NCBI GenBank assembly: GCA_041690135.1
Contig: JAWLHY010000013.1
Span: 1-64,000 of the forward strand
Origin: Armatimonadota bacterium
GTDB taxonomy: Bacteria > Armatimonadota > SYMT01
Length of the DNA: 64,000 bases
Direction of reading: 5' to 3'
Under the pieces are notes generated by a model, which had not been told where the DNA came from, made no database searches, and worked only from the letters and a program-made list of their open reading frames with translations. This document shows, one piece after another, positions 36,551 to 45,070 of the stretch. The position numbers and the translations under genes are program-made. Positions within the stretch are counted from its first letter, which is position 1, and each line of letters starts with the position of its first letter.

Positions 36551-37591
36551 TCAGAAGCCGCGGTCGTTGAAGGCCACCCGCTGGTTCAGCAGGATGCCGA
36601 ACTCACTGCCCTCGGCCAGATTCACGTTGGAATACTCGCGGTCCCGGTCCCGATTGATGTAGCCGTAGATGGCGCCACCGATACCGCCCAGGAGCGCGCC
36701 CTTCAACCAGTCGTCATCGCCCAGGACGCCGCCCAGGATCGCGCCGGCGCCCGCACCGTAGCCGACCCACTTCCAGTCGAACTGGTTCGTGCCTTGCCGC
36801 CGGGCTACGAGCCGGCCATCGGCTGCCTGCCGGACACTGTCCTTGTCCAGGCTGGCGAGGCTGGCATTCAGGGGTACCGACGTGCCGTCCGGCAGGATGG
36901 CGCGATCGAACGCGACGTCCAGGATGCCCGGTTGATTACGGCTGGCCGCCTGGACCTGGGTCACGCGTCCCTCGAAGCGGGTACCCGCTGGGAAGCGGCT
37001 GCGGTCGTTCGGGTCCACGGTCGCCTGGAAGCGATCGCCCACGCGCGAAGTCTCGCTGCTCAGGCGGTCATCTAATTGAGCTCGGACCACGGTCTCTGCG
37101 GGAATGACCATCCGGTTGATTTCCTCCCGCTCGCCCGCGACCACTTCTCCCGTGGGACTGATCGCGACGGTCCGCAATTCGGGAAGCCAGGCCACCTGCG
37201 CGCCCAGTGCTTCCGCCGCGAACCGCAGCGGTACCATCGTTCTTCCGGACATAATCCGCGCGGGCGCGTCGAGATAGGTGGCGTCCCCCTGGACATAAGC
37301 CGTGCGGGAGCCGATCGGCAGCGCAAACGAACGACCGTCACGGGTGCCGTGGACGGTGCGGGTCTGCGGGTCCCAGGTTACCGTTGCATCCAGCGCTCGG
37401 GCCACGTCGCGGAGGGGAATGTAAACTCTCCCCCCGACCTGCATCGGCCGAGCATCCACGAATTGGACCCGGTCGCCATCTACTTCCACGTTAATCTGCG
37501 CGGCGGCCGGTCCGGCCAGGCCTACCGTGAGCAGTGCTGCCATTCCAAAGGCGGTCGGCGCCGCGCTTCGAGATTTCTCAAAATACTTCAT
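36551..37591 (-). CDS. Copper amine oxidase N-terminal (stalk) domain protein with glycine-zipper region
   Basis: GRVYIPLR and GRTMVPLRF..EALGA.V.W; LDDRLSS.T...GD.F; GAGAGAILGG; signal peptide. Confidence 0.8.
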   Translation of the reverse strand: MKYFEKSRSAAPTAFGMAALLTVGLAGPAAAQINVEVDGDRVQFVDARPMQVGGRVYIPLRDVARALDATVTWDPQTRTVHGTRDGRSFALPIGSRTAYVQGDATYLDAPARIMSGRTMVPLRFAAEALGAQVAWLPELRTVAISPTGEVVAGEREEINRMVIPAETVVRAQLDDRLSSETSRVGDRFQATVDPNDRSRFPAGTRFEGRVTQVQAASRNQPGILDVAFDRAILPDGTSVPLNASLASLDKDSVRQAADGRLVARRQGTNQFDWKWVGYGAGAGAILGGVLGDDDWLKGALLGGIGGAIYGYINRDRDREYSNVNLAEGSEFGILLNQRVAFNDRGF

Positions 37592-37864
37592 CTTCCTGGT
37601 CCTTCCCAAGCAATGTCTTTCCTTTGGTTTGCCTGCGTCTTCGCGTCTCCAGGAACGTTTCCCGGCGTGCTCTGGAGCGCCGCTTTCGGGGTATGGACCC
37701 ACGAATTCCCATCCCCGTTCCCTTCTTCCGGGCGGTTCTTACCCATTCCATTGCGGTTCTATCCGGGCCAAGCGAGCCGGACACATGGCGCATCAGGGAG
37801 GTGACGGGGTTTCGCAGAGGCAACTGTGGCGGCAGTAATACGCCACGCTGTGAGGAGAGAACCG

Positions 37865-38782
37865 ATGGCCCGCCGCAAACCCGCAACTACCACGCATCCG
37901 GCGATCGCCGGTGTCGCACTCCTGGCCCTGACCTTATCCGGGAGCGGCGCCTCCCGGGTAGGGGCCCAGGACCCCGGTGCAACGAAGTATCTGCTGCCGG
38001 ATCTTTCGGCTGCCGGCGACGTGCGCTCGGTAGAGGATGTCCTCGACATGAGCATGGACATGACCGTAAGCGTCGAAGGACAGGAGTCAGCGGCGAAGTT
38101 CTCGCAGCGCTCCCGCGAGGCCTATACCGAAACCATCGTGGCGGTAGACGCGGAGGGCGCGCCCACCATGGTGAAGCGCGCCTACACCGTGGCGCGGGAG
38201 GCGGAAACGCCCCCGATGGGAAAGACCGTGGTGCGGGTCTCTTCGCTTCAGGGGAAGACCGTTACCATCCGGATTGCTGGCGATCAGGTTGCCGTGACGG
38301 CAGATAAGGGGATGCTGGCGCCGGAGGATGTGAAAGAGCTCCAGGGGAAGTTCGGCAAAAATGCGGAGCCGGAATTCATCCCCCAGCGGGAGCTCGCATT
38401 AGGTGAGGAGTGGGTCCTGGACGGTGCGGCGTTAGGGAGTGCCTTGAAGGGTCTGGAGAAGGGGGGAATCCGGGGGAAGTTGGAGCGAATATTCCCGAAA
38501 CACGGGCATTCCCTGGCGGAGGTCCGGTTCAACATGCAACTCCACGGTACGCCCGAGGGAGCGCCCCTGCCTCTCACGATGAAGGGCGCCGGCACCGGGA
38601 TTTACGACCTCACTCTCAAGCGGGAGCGGGACATGCAGTTTTCGGGCCCCGTCACCACCGAAGGGGAGATCGAGGAGAACGGTCACAAGCTGAAGCTGAA
38701 GGGCGAGGGGAAGATGAATGCCAGCACGAAGGTCCAGTGGCTGAAAGTCGCCGGCAAACCGGTCCCCCCCGTCGCCCGTTAG
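37865..38782 (+). CDS. Hypothetical exported protein
   Basis: GAGGAG RBS, signal peptide, beta-rich body. Confidence 0.7.
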   Translation: MARRKPATTTHPAIAGVALLALTLSGSGASRVGAQDPGATKYLLPDLSAAGDVRSVEDVLDMSMDMTVSVEGQESAAKFSQRSREAYTETIVAVDAEGAPTMVKRAYTVAREAETPPMGKTVVRVSSLQGKTVTIRIAGDQVAVTADKGMLAPEDVKELQGKFGKNAEPEFIPQRELALGEEWVLDGAALGSALKGLEKGGIRGKLERIFPKHGHSLAEVRFNMQLHGTPEGAPLPLTMKGAGTGIYDLTLKRERDMQFSGPVTTEGEIEENGHKLKLKGEGKMNASTKVQWLKVAGKPVPPVAR

Positions 38783-38789
38783 AACTCTG

Positions 38790-39599
38790 CTAGATCTGGG
38801 ACCCGGCAGTGGGCCGCAGGACCAGGTTGGTGATCTGCGAGACGGTGTCCTTGTACTTCGGATCTTTGCTTAGCTTCAGCCAATCCGGGTGCTTCCGGAA
38901 CTTATCCCATGCGGTTTTCAGGGCCTCGTCATTCTCAAAGCCCAACATGTAGGTCAGGTTCGGCAACCGGGTTCCGGACAGGGCGTGTCCGAAGAAGACC
39001 GGGTTCATACCCGTTTCGCGGAAGAGGCGGATTTCGCCGCCTTCGTTGAACATGTGAACCTTCATCCGGCACCGCTCTTCATTCATGGCTTCGTAGATGC
39101 GAAGCTGCAGCACTCGATTCGAGCCCTTTGCGGGGACCTCTACCTTGGGACAGTGGTCGAAAGCGAGGAGCAGCGAGCTTTCGTAACGGGAGAAGGCCGG
39201 GTCCTTCGGCGCCTCACCGATTCCGGCCAAAGCCTGGGTGAAAGCGCTGTCCTTCGCGAGATTCGTGTCCAACATCACGGCGGAGGGCGCGGAGGCATGC
39301 GGCAGCAGCAGGTAGAGGTCCGGGCTTACCTCGCCGGCAAAGGTGGCCTGGGGATTATCGGCTTTCGTCATCCGGAACGCCCCTACCGGCCGGATACCCA
39401 CCCGGTTCAGCGCGGGGATCATTCCCGAGGCCAGGAACTTCTCAAAGGCCTCGCGCTTCTCCGGCGAGGCAAAGGTGTACCGGCGCAACTCCAGAACCTG
39501 CTTGCCGCCGGTGCTCCGCTCCTGGGCTCCGGCACTTGCTCCCAGTACTCCCACCCCCGCGGCGGTCGCCGCTCCCGTCAACAACGCTCTTCTCTCCAT
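38790..39599 (-). CDS. NIPSNAP family protein, Tat-like signal
   Basis: ELRRY and LQLRIYE repeats, MFNEGGEI.LF, PNLTYML, W..F..HPDW. Confidence 0.85.
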   Translation of the reverse strand: MERRALLTGAATAAGVGVLGASAGAQERSTGGKQVLELRRYTFASPEKREAFEKFLASGMIPALNRVGIRPVGAFRMTKADNPQATFAGEVSPDLYLLLPHASAPSAVMLDTNLAKDSAFTQALAGIGEAPKDPAFSRYESSLLLAFDHCPKVEVPAKGSNRVLQLRIYEAMNEERCRMKVHMFNEGGEIRLFRETGMNPVFFGHALSGTRLPNLTYMLGFENDEALKTAWDKFRKHPDWLKLSKDPKYKDTVSQITNLVLRPTAGSQI

Positions 39600-39737
39600 A
39601 CGAATCTCCAATCGGGCTACCCGGTAACGCCAGGGAAGGGGTGCGAAATCATGCCTCCGCGCACTCCCTTCACTCCCCACGTACATTGCCCGAGACGGTC
39701 TCCCACACCTCCCCCGCTAAGGGTCGCCCTGCGCTGC

Positions 39738-39998
39738 CGCCCACCCGGCAACCCCCAGCCCCAGACCTCCCAAGGCCCGCACGCCGCCTTCCGCCTCCGG
39801 TCCAGCCACACGGCGTCCCTTTAGCCCTGGACCTCACGCATCACGTTCGACGTTTAGCGCTTTCGGTCCGGCCGCCTGGCACCTCTCCTGCCTCAGACCT
39901 CACGTTTCACGTTCCATACCTGAGGATTCACGCCGACGCCCGGCCACACGGCTTCCCTCCTGCCACAGCCCTCACGTTTCACGGTTCACGTTTCACGC
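39738..39998. repeat. Degenerate array of four units, period 65-72 nt, three ending in TCACGTT-type heptamers
   Basis: Units start at 39738, 39803, 39869 and 39941 with core C.GCC.C..GGC....C....GCC...GACCTCAC. Confidence 0.6.
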
Positions 39999-40012
39999 AC
40001 CCCCCCTCCTTG

Positions 40013-40041
40013 CTGACAAATCCGTCAGCTACCGGTACAAT
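40013..40041 (+). promoter_or_regulatory. Sigma70-type promoter
   Basis: CTGACA - 17 nt - TACAAT. Confidence 0.55.
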
Positions 40042-40092
40042 CCCTTGGGACAATTCGATACCCAGCCTGTATTGCATTAACGACTCGGAAGC

Positions 40093-40146
40093 CGGGCTCG
40101 TCTCGCTAGTGCTCTACCAGCACGCGGGCGAGCCCGTTTTGTATTT
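40093..40146 (+). terminator. Intrinsic terminator upstream of the CDS at 40178 (attenuator or sRNA 3' end)
   Basis: CGGGCTCGTCTCGC / GCGGGCGAGCCCG stem, inner GTGCT/AGCAC, followed by TTTTGTATTT. Confidence 0.6.
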
Positions 40147-40177
40147 CCAGCGTTCAGTCGTGATTGGAGAGAACCGG

Positions 40178-40570
40178 ATGAGACCCAGGAAGGCACCGAC
40201 CAACCCCGTACCCGCAGCGGTGCAATCGCCATGGATCCACTACCATCGGCAACTCTCGGGAGCGGATTTCTCCCTTCAGGCCAGCACGGCGGCCGTGCCG
40301 GGCGACGGGCACTTCTATCTATTGCAGCAAGACAGCGTGGTGATGCGCAGTGAAGACTTCCTGGAAGCCGAAGCCGCGTACCGCAGCCTCTGCCGGAAGC
40401 ACTGGGAAGAGCACCTGAACTGCGAGGACCCGGCGAGCCGGGTGGCAAGTGCCTGGGGCCTCCTTGGCCTGGAGCCGGGCAATCCCGCCGCCAGCGCCGT
40501 TATCGAGCAGGATGGCCGTCCTGAAGACCGGGCTCGCCTGGCCAAGCAGAAGCAGCGCCGCCGCTTCTGA
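40178..40570 (+). CDS. Hypothetical protein
   Basis: GGAGA RBS before ATG; protein-like composition, unlike the upstream ORF extension. Confidence 0.6.
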   Translation: MRPRKAPTNPVPAAVQSPWIHYHRQLSGADFSLQASTAAVPGDGHFYLLQQDSVVMRSEDFLEAEAAYRSLCRKHWEEHLNCEDPASRVASAWGLLGLEPGNPAASAVIEQDGRPEDRARLAKQKQRRRF

Positions 40571-40628
40571 TCTCCGCCCGGAGGTCAATTATCCCTTTTC
40601 ACAGTGAGCGGCAGACGAACGAGGTGTC

Positions 40629-40826
40629 ATGGAAACCTGGAAAGTATTGACGGCCACGCTGGAAGAACTCGAAGAGCAGCTCAACGGCCTCGCGGCTGAG
40701 GGATATCACGTCTTCTCGATCCAGCCCGTGGGAGCCCCGGAACCGTTATCCAACATCCCCCGCGATCGAAAGTCGCTCGCCCAGCGTACGACATTCGCGG
40801 TGGTGGCGCGCAAACCCAACGCCTGA
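40629..40826 (+). CDS. Small DUF4177-like protein
   Basis: GAGGT RBS; WKVL...ELEEQLNGLAAEGY.V pattern. Confidence 0.7.
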   Translation: METWKVLTATLEELEEQLNGLAAEGYHVFSIQPVGAPEPLSNIPRDRKSLAQRTTFAVVARKPNA

Positions 40827-40996
40827 AACCCGACAGCAGCTCCCACCGGTGCCATTTGGCGCCTGGGGGCTCGACTTGGGAGTATTGCTTCCGCTAAACG
40901 GGCGGCTCCGCTGGAGGGAACCGCCCGTTTGATTCAAGTTCGGACTGCAACCGAGCGGGTTTAGGCATCCCGGTGTGCGGGGCAGATGACTCCCGC

Positions 40997-41392
40997 ATGT
41001 CAGTCCGGAACCTCATCGCGGCCTTGCTCGCCGGAGCAGCGCTTGCCGCAGCCGAAGAACCTGTAGTGGCCACACGGGCGAAGAAACCTCGCGCCCTCAC
41101 CCTGATCGCCACAGCCTACTGTCCCTGTCGCCGCTGCTGCGGTCCCGCCGCCAAGGGTCGCACCTTCACCGGGCGCCGCGCCCTCGGTCGAGGCGTGGCG
41201 GTTAGCCGCGGTGGTCGGCGCGCGCTCCCTCTCGGCTCCCGCGTGCGGGTGGCGGGCTACGGCACCGCCCGCGTGGACGACGTGGGCGGCGGGATCCGCA
41301 GCAACCAGATCGACCTCCGGTTCGCCTCCCACCAGCGCGCGCGTGAGTGGGGGAAGCGCCGGGTCCGCGTCATTCTGGTCGGGAAACCTTAA
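40997..41392 (+). CDS. 3D domain (cell-wall) protein
   Basis: ATAY.PC..CCG, VAV....LPLGSRV.V.GYG...VDDVGGGI....IDL.F..H..A..WG. Confidence 0.85.
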   Translation: MSVRNLIAALLAGAALAAAEEPVVATRAKKPRALTLIATAYCPCRRCCGPAAKGRTFTGRRALGRGVAVSRGGRRALPLGSRVRVAGYGTARVDDVGGGIRSNQIDLRFASHQRAREWGKRRVRVILVGKP

Positions 41393-41466
41393 GGTATGCT
41401 GTAGCGGGCCGCCGTCCCTACAATGCAGGAACCTCTCCGGTTGATCGCGAACTGTGCACAGCACGC

Positions 41467-41667
41467 TTGCATGGGTTCGGCATCGCCTGTTTTATCCTCG
41501 GCCTGATGACGCTCGTACCGGCTGTTCAGAGCCTCAACACCTACTGGCGGCACGCGGTGCCGGATCACGTGGAGCGACGGGGTCTTTCCGGCGGGGCGTG
41601 GGCCGTGGCGATCCTCGGAAGCCTGTTCTGGCTCCTGGCGATTGCGGGTCTCTTCATGCCGGAGTAG
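41467..41667 (+). CDS. Small two-TM hypothetical protein
   Basis: Two hydrophobic helices; start codon uncertain. Confidence 0.4.
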   Translation: MHGFGIACFILGLMTLVPAVQSLNTYWRHAVPDHVERRGLSGGAWAVAILGSLFWLLAIAGLFMPE

Positions 41668-41687
41668 GTGGCTTACCTCGAGTTCCT

Positions 41688-41744
41688 AACCTGCACTGTC
41701 TCGCGGGTGAGAAACGTTTCCCTGCCCGCGAGACAGTGCAGGTT
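41688..41744. repeat. Perfect 20-bp inverted repeat between convergent genes
   Basis: AACCTGCACTGTCTCGCGGG / CCCGCGAGACAGTGCAGGTT. Confidence 0.8.
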
Positions 41745-41802
41745 GGAAGTCCGCGACGGCGGACTTTGTTCGGACAGCCGCGCGATTTCAATTCGCGGAC
41801 GG

Positions 41803-42690
41803 TTAGGCCGACCGGCGTCGTTTGATCAGGGCCACGACCCCCAGCGCAGGAAGGAAGAGCGCCAGGGCACCCGGCTCCGGCACGGCTTCGCCTACGGGAG
41901 AGTCATCCAGGATCACCACGCGACCGGACCCTCCGAAGCCATTCTCCGGGCCGCCAATACCTACATGGGTCACGTAGTACAGATCGCTCACTCCCGCCGG
42001 TGTGGCGCCGGTACCACCGGCCTGGAGGTGGAGGGTAGCGCTTTCGAATGCGAACGCGGAACCGCCGCCCCCGCCGCCGTAATCGCCTCCGCCTCCGCCG
42101 CCGAAGTAGCCGCCGCCCCCACCGCCGCCATTCTCACCGAACCCGCCGAGGAACTGGCTGCCCGGAGTGGACGCCCCACCACCACTACTGCCGCCGGCGA
42201 ACTGGGTGCCGCCCCCGCCGCTGCCGCTGCCGGTGCCATCCTGACCTTTTACACCGCCTCCGGCTCCTCCCGAGCCGGCTTCACTGGCACCGCCCCCGCC
42301 GCCGGCGGTTACCAGTTCCAGCCTACCGGCCCGGATGGCGGAGCGCCCACCACCACTGGCTCCCTGGAATGCGTTCCCGCCGCCCCCGTACACGGGGTTC
42401 GTGCTGAGACTTCCTCCTTGGCCTACCACCACGGTGAATGAGTCGCCTGAATTCACCGTGAACGACGCGTCCGTGAATCCTCCGGCGCCGCCCTGCGTCC
42501 CATAGAAGCCGCCACCTCCCGCGCCCCAGAGCTTTACCCGGAGCCGCGTGACGCCCGCCGGAACGGTAAACGATTGATCGGCCCCGGTGTAACCGTAGGT
42601 CCCCAGCACCGTCTGCGCCGCTGCCGGCCGCGCTCCTCCCAACAGACCTGCCGCCAGGGTTGCCCCCAGCAGCACCTTCCAGATCCTCAT
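41803..42690 (-). CDS. PEP-CTERM protein with glycine-rich domain
   Basis: Signal peptide; YTGADQSFTVPAGV...LWGAGGG; C-terminal VPEP + TM + KRRR. Confidence 0.85.
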   Translation of the reverse strand: MRIWKVLLGATLAAGLLGGARPAAAQTVLGTYGYTGADQSFTVPAGVTRLRVKLWGAGGGGFYGTQGGAGGFTDASFTVNSGDSFTVVVGQGGSLSTNPVYGGGGNAFQGASGGGRSAIRAGRLELVTAGGGGGASEAGSGGAGGGVKGQDGTGSGSGGGGTQFAGGSSGGGASTPGSQFLGGFGENGGGGGGGYFGGGGGGDYGGGGGGSAFAFESATLHLQAGGTGATPAGVSDLYYVTHVGIGGPENGFGGSGRVVILDDSPVGEAVPEPGALALFLPALGVVALIKRRRSA

Positions 42691-42935
42691 CTGCACTCCC
42701 TTACTACCATGGTTCAAGCAAGCACCCGGAAATCTCTTACTGAATTTCTACTTACTTGATGCAAAACGAGCTAAAAGTAAATGCATTTGGAAATCGGATG
42801 TGCACGCTTCCTGGGCAAGCGAGAATGGCAGTTACTGACGTCATCACGAGGTGCTGGGGAGGAGGGAAGGAAATCCGTGCCGGCGGCAACGAACCCACAC
42901 CCGTGCGGGATCCTTCCTCCCCCGCAGAGCCGCGA

Positions 42936-43544
42936 ATGGAAAAAGAACCGCCCCCCACTCTCGATCGGCCACGGTCGATGCGCGACCCCGCGGAAAGAGC
43001 CCGCCGCCGCGAGATGCTCGCACTTCCTCACATCGCACCACTGGCGGCCTACGCCGAGTCGCTCCGGAACCACGGTGAAGTGCCGGACTTCGACCCGCTG
43101 GACGGCGGCATCCACGCCCGGGTCCTGTTCCTACTGGAGAAGCCCGGACCGATGACCGCGGAGAAAGGCGGTAGCGGCTTCATCAGCCGTAACAACGACG
43201 ACCCGACGGCGGAAGCGACCTTCAACTTCCTGAAAGAAGCACGGATCCCGCGCGAGATCACCGTCCTGTGGAATGTGGTCCCCTGGTGGAACGGCACGCG
43301 GAACGTCACTGCAGAGGAACTGCGCGACGGTGTAGCCTGCATCCGGGATCTGGTCGGCCTGCTTCCGGACCTTCGGGTGGTGGTCCTGGTGGGCGCGAAA
43401 GCCGCACGCGCGAGACCGCTCCTGGAGAATGCAGGCTATCCGATCCTTACTTCCGCGCATCCGTCTCCCGTGACGCGGGCCGCCTACCGGGAACAGTGGG
43501 ACGCCATTCCGACCGAGTGGGCTCGGGTACACGAGTACCTCTGA
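42936..43544 (+). CDS. Uracil-DNA glycosylase superfamily protein
   Basis: LFLLEKPG, NDDPTA, WNVVPW, VVLVG..A, HPSP; start uncertain. Confidence 0.8.
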   Translation: MEKEPPPTLDRPRSMRDPAERARRREMLALPHIAPLAAYAESLRNHGEVPDFDPLDGGIHARVLFLLEKPGPMTAEKGGSGFISRNNDDPTAEATFNFLKEARIPREITVLWNVVPWWNGTRNVTAEELRDGVACIRDLVGLLPDLRVVVLVGAKAARARPLLENAGYPILTSAHPSPVTRAAYREQWDAIPTEWARVHEYL

Positions 43545-43567
43545 CCTCTGATCCGGAGCCAGCACCA

Positions 43568-44008
43568 ATGCCCAATCCAGACCCAGAGCCGACTTACAGC
43601 CAGCGGGAAGTGCAGAACATGCTCTTCGAACGCCTGCCCGCCGGGAAATACACCTGGATCCCCGACCCGGAAGGCAACGCCGCGGTCCAGGCCTACGGAA
43701 CGAGGTTCCTCCCCTCGCAGCCGGTGTACGTGAACTACCGCCCCAGCGTGGTCAAGATGCAGGTCCGCTTCACGCCGCGCCGGATATCCCTGACGCGAGA
43801 AGAGGAGTTGTGGCAGGCCGCCGAGGTGGCGAGGAGTCCGCTGCGGGCCGCAGGCGCCTCTTCGCGCCGGCAGAAGGGCCACACGCAGGAGACGGAGCGG
43901 GACGAGCAGTGGGTGGTCACCATCCCCGAGCGCCTGGGCGAGGGCGGTTACCGGACTCTGGAAAGGTTTGTGGCACTGGTGGCCGATTGCATGGGTATTC
44001 AGACTTAG
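43568..44008 (+). CDS. Hypothetical protein
   Basis: GGAG before ATG, directly after the UDG-like gene. Confidence 0.6.
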   Translation: MPNPDPEPTYSQREVQNMLFERLPAGKYTWIPDPEGNAAVQAYGTRFLPSQPVYVNYRPSVVKMQVRFTPRRISLTREEELWQAAEVARSPLRAAGASSRRQKGHTQETERDEQWVVTIPERLGEGGYRTLERFVALVADCMGIQT

Positions 44009-44148
44009 ACAGGCGAGGCATTAACTGGTTCCAAGGTACCGCCTCCGGAGTTGTTCTACCCGGTGACCTCGCAACGTGGCGTTCGGGGAGGTATTGCCTG
44101 TATGTACTCTTAACAGTACAACGTGGGTTTGATTGGTCTTCAAGGAGG

Positions 44149-44829
44149 ATGGCATCGGTGCGTAACCTGGGAATTGTATTCGGGGTGGTGCTGGCGTGTG
44201 GAGCGAGGCCCACAGCGGCCCAGACCACCATCAACACCTTTCCGGATACGAACAATGTGATTGCGGCAGTTGGCGAATCGGCTTCGCAAACATGCATGGG
44301 ACAAACGTTTACTGCAGGTGACACCCCTGTTCTCCGACGTTTCCGGTTTCAGATTGGGCAGGAACCCGGATTCAGGGGAACAGCTCGCCTTCGTGCTCAT
44401 CTTGCGCAGTGGAACAGCAGAGGATGGGTAACCGGCCCGCTGCTCTACTCGAGTGACAGCTTCACGCCTACCAGTGGCCTACCGTTAACCACATACACTT
44501 TCGAAACCGGCAATCTACTCCTCATTCCGGGTGTGCAGTACGTAGCGTTTGTGAGCGCTTTAGGGCTGGAAGATGGCGTTCAAGACGGTGCCCGGATGGG
44601 ATGTGTGACTGATTCCGACCCTTATCCGGAAGGGCACCTGGTTACGTCACAGTCCACTGACCTCGGCTCCCTGTCCAACCCCTGGGGATCGCGGCGAGAC
44701 ATTGATCTAGTCTTCTCCGCAGAGTTCTTCCCGGAGGGCGCGACCGCCGTTCCCGAGCCCGGGGCCCTGGCACTCTTCCTGCCCGCTCTCGGCGTGGTGG
44801 CGGTCCTCCGCCGGCGCCGGATCGATTGA
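44149..44829 (+). CDS. PEP-CTERM protein
   Basis: Signal peptide; GQTFT; C-terminal VPEPGALALFLPALGVVAVLRRRR. Confidence 0.8.
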   Translation: MASVRNLGIVFGVVLACGARPTAAQTTINTFPDTNNVIAAVGESASQTCMGQTFTAGDTPVLRRFRFQIGQEPGFRGTARLRAHLAQWNSRGWVTGPLLYSSDSFTPTSGLPLTTYTFETGNLLLIPGVQYVAFVSALGLEDGVQDGARMGCVTDSDPYPEGHLVTSQSTDLGSLSNPWGSRRDIDLVFSAEFFPEGATAVPEPGALALFLPALGVVAVLRRRRID

Positions 44830-45031
44830 AGCCTGATCCATGCAAGGACGACACGACGCCGGCGGAACTCCACGTAGATCTACCGCCGTCGTGTTGTCAT
44901 AGGGAGCCTCTTCTTCGGGTGGATGTGCATGGTTCTGCTTAATACCCGCCACCCCAGCCTCTCCCAATGTGCGACCGTAGTACTTTGCGAGCGAGAGCTG
45001 CGTGGGCGTCTGGACCTCTCGGGATTTTCCT

Positions 45032-45070
45032 CTTTGCGGCCCTCTGCGTTACTCTGCGTCTTTGCGGTGA
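45032..45070. repeat. Dispersed CTTTGCG/CTCTGCG repeat, copy 1 (overlaps the HEAT gene stop)
   Basis: CTTTGCGGCCCTCTGCG....C.CTGCGTCTTTGCGGTGA also at 50115-50153. Confidence 0.75.

Noticed and set aside
39738-39998. CRISPR array
   Set aside because: Repeats are too degenerate and non-palindromic, and the window has no cas genes.
39536-40177. Long N-terminal extension of ORF 39536-40570
   Set aside because: It overlaps the NIPSNAP start and runs through repeats, a promoter and a terminator; the composition is low-complexity.
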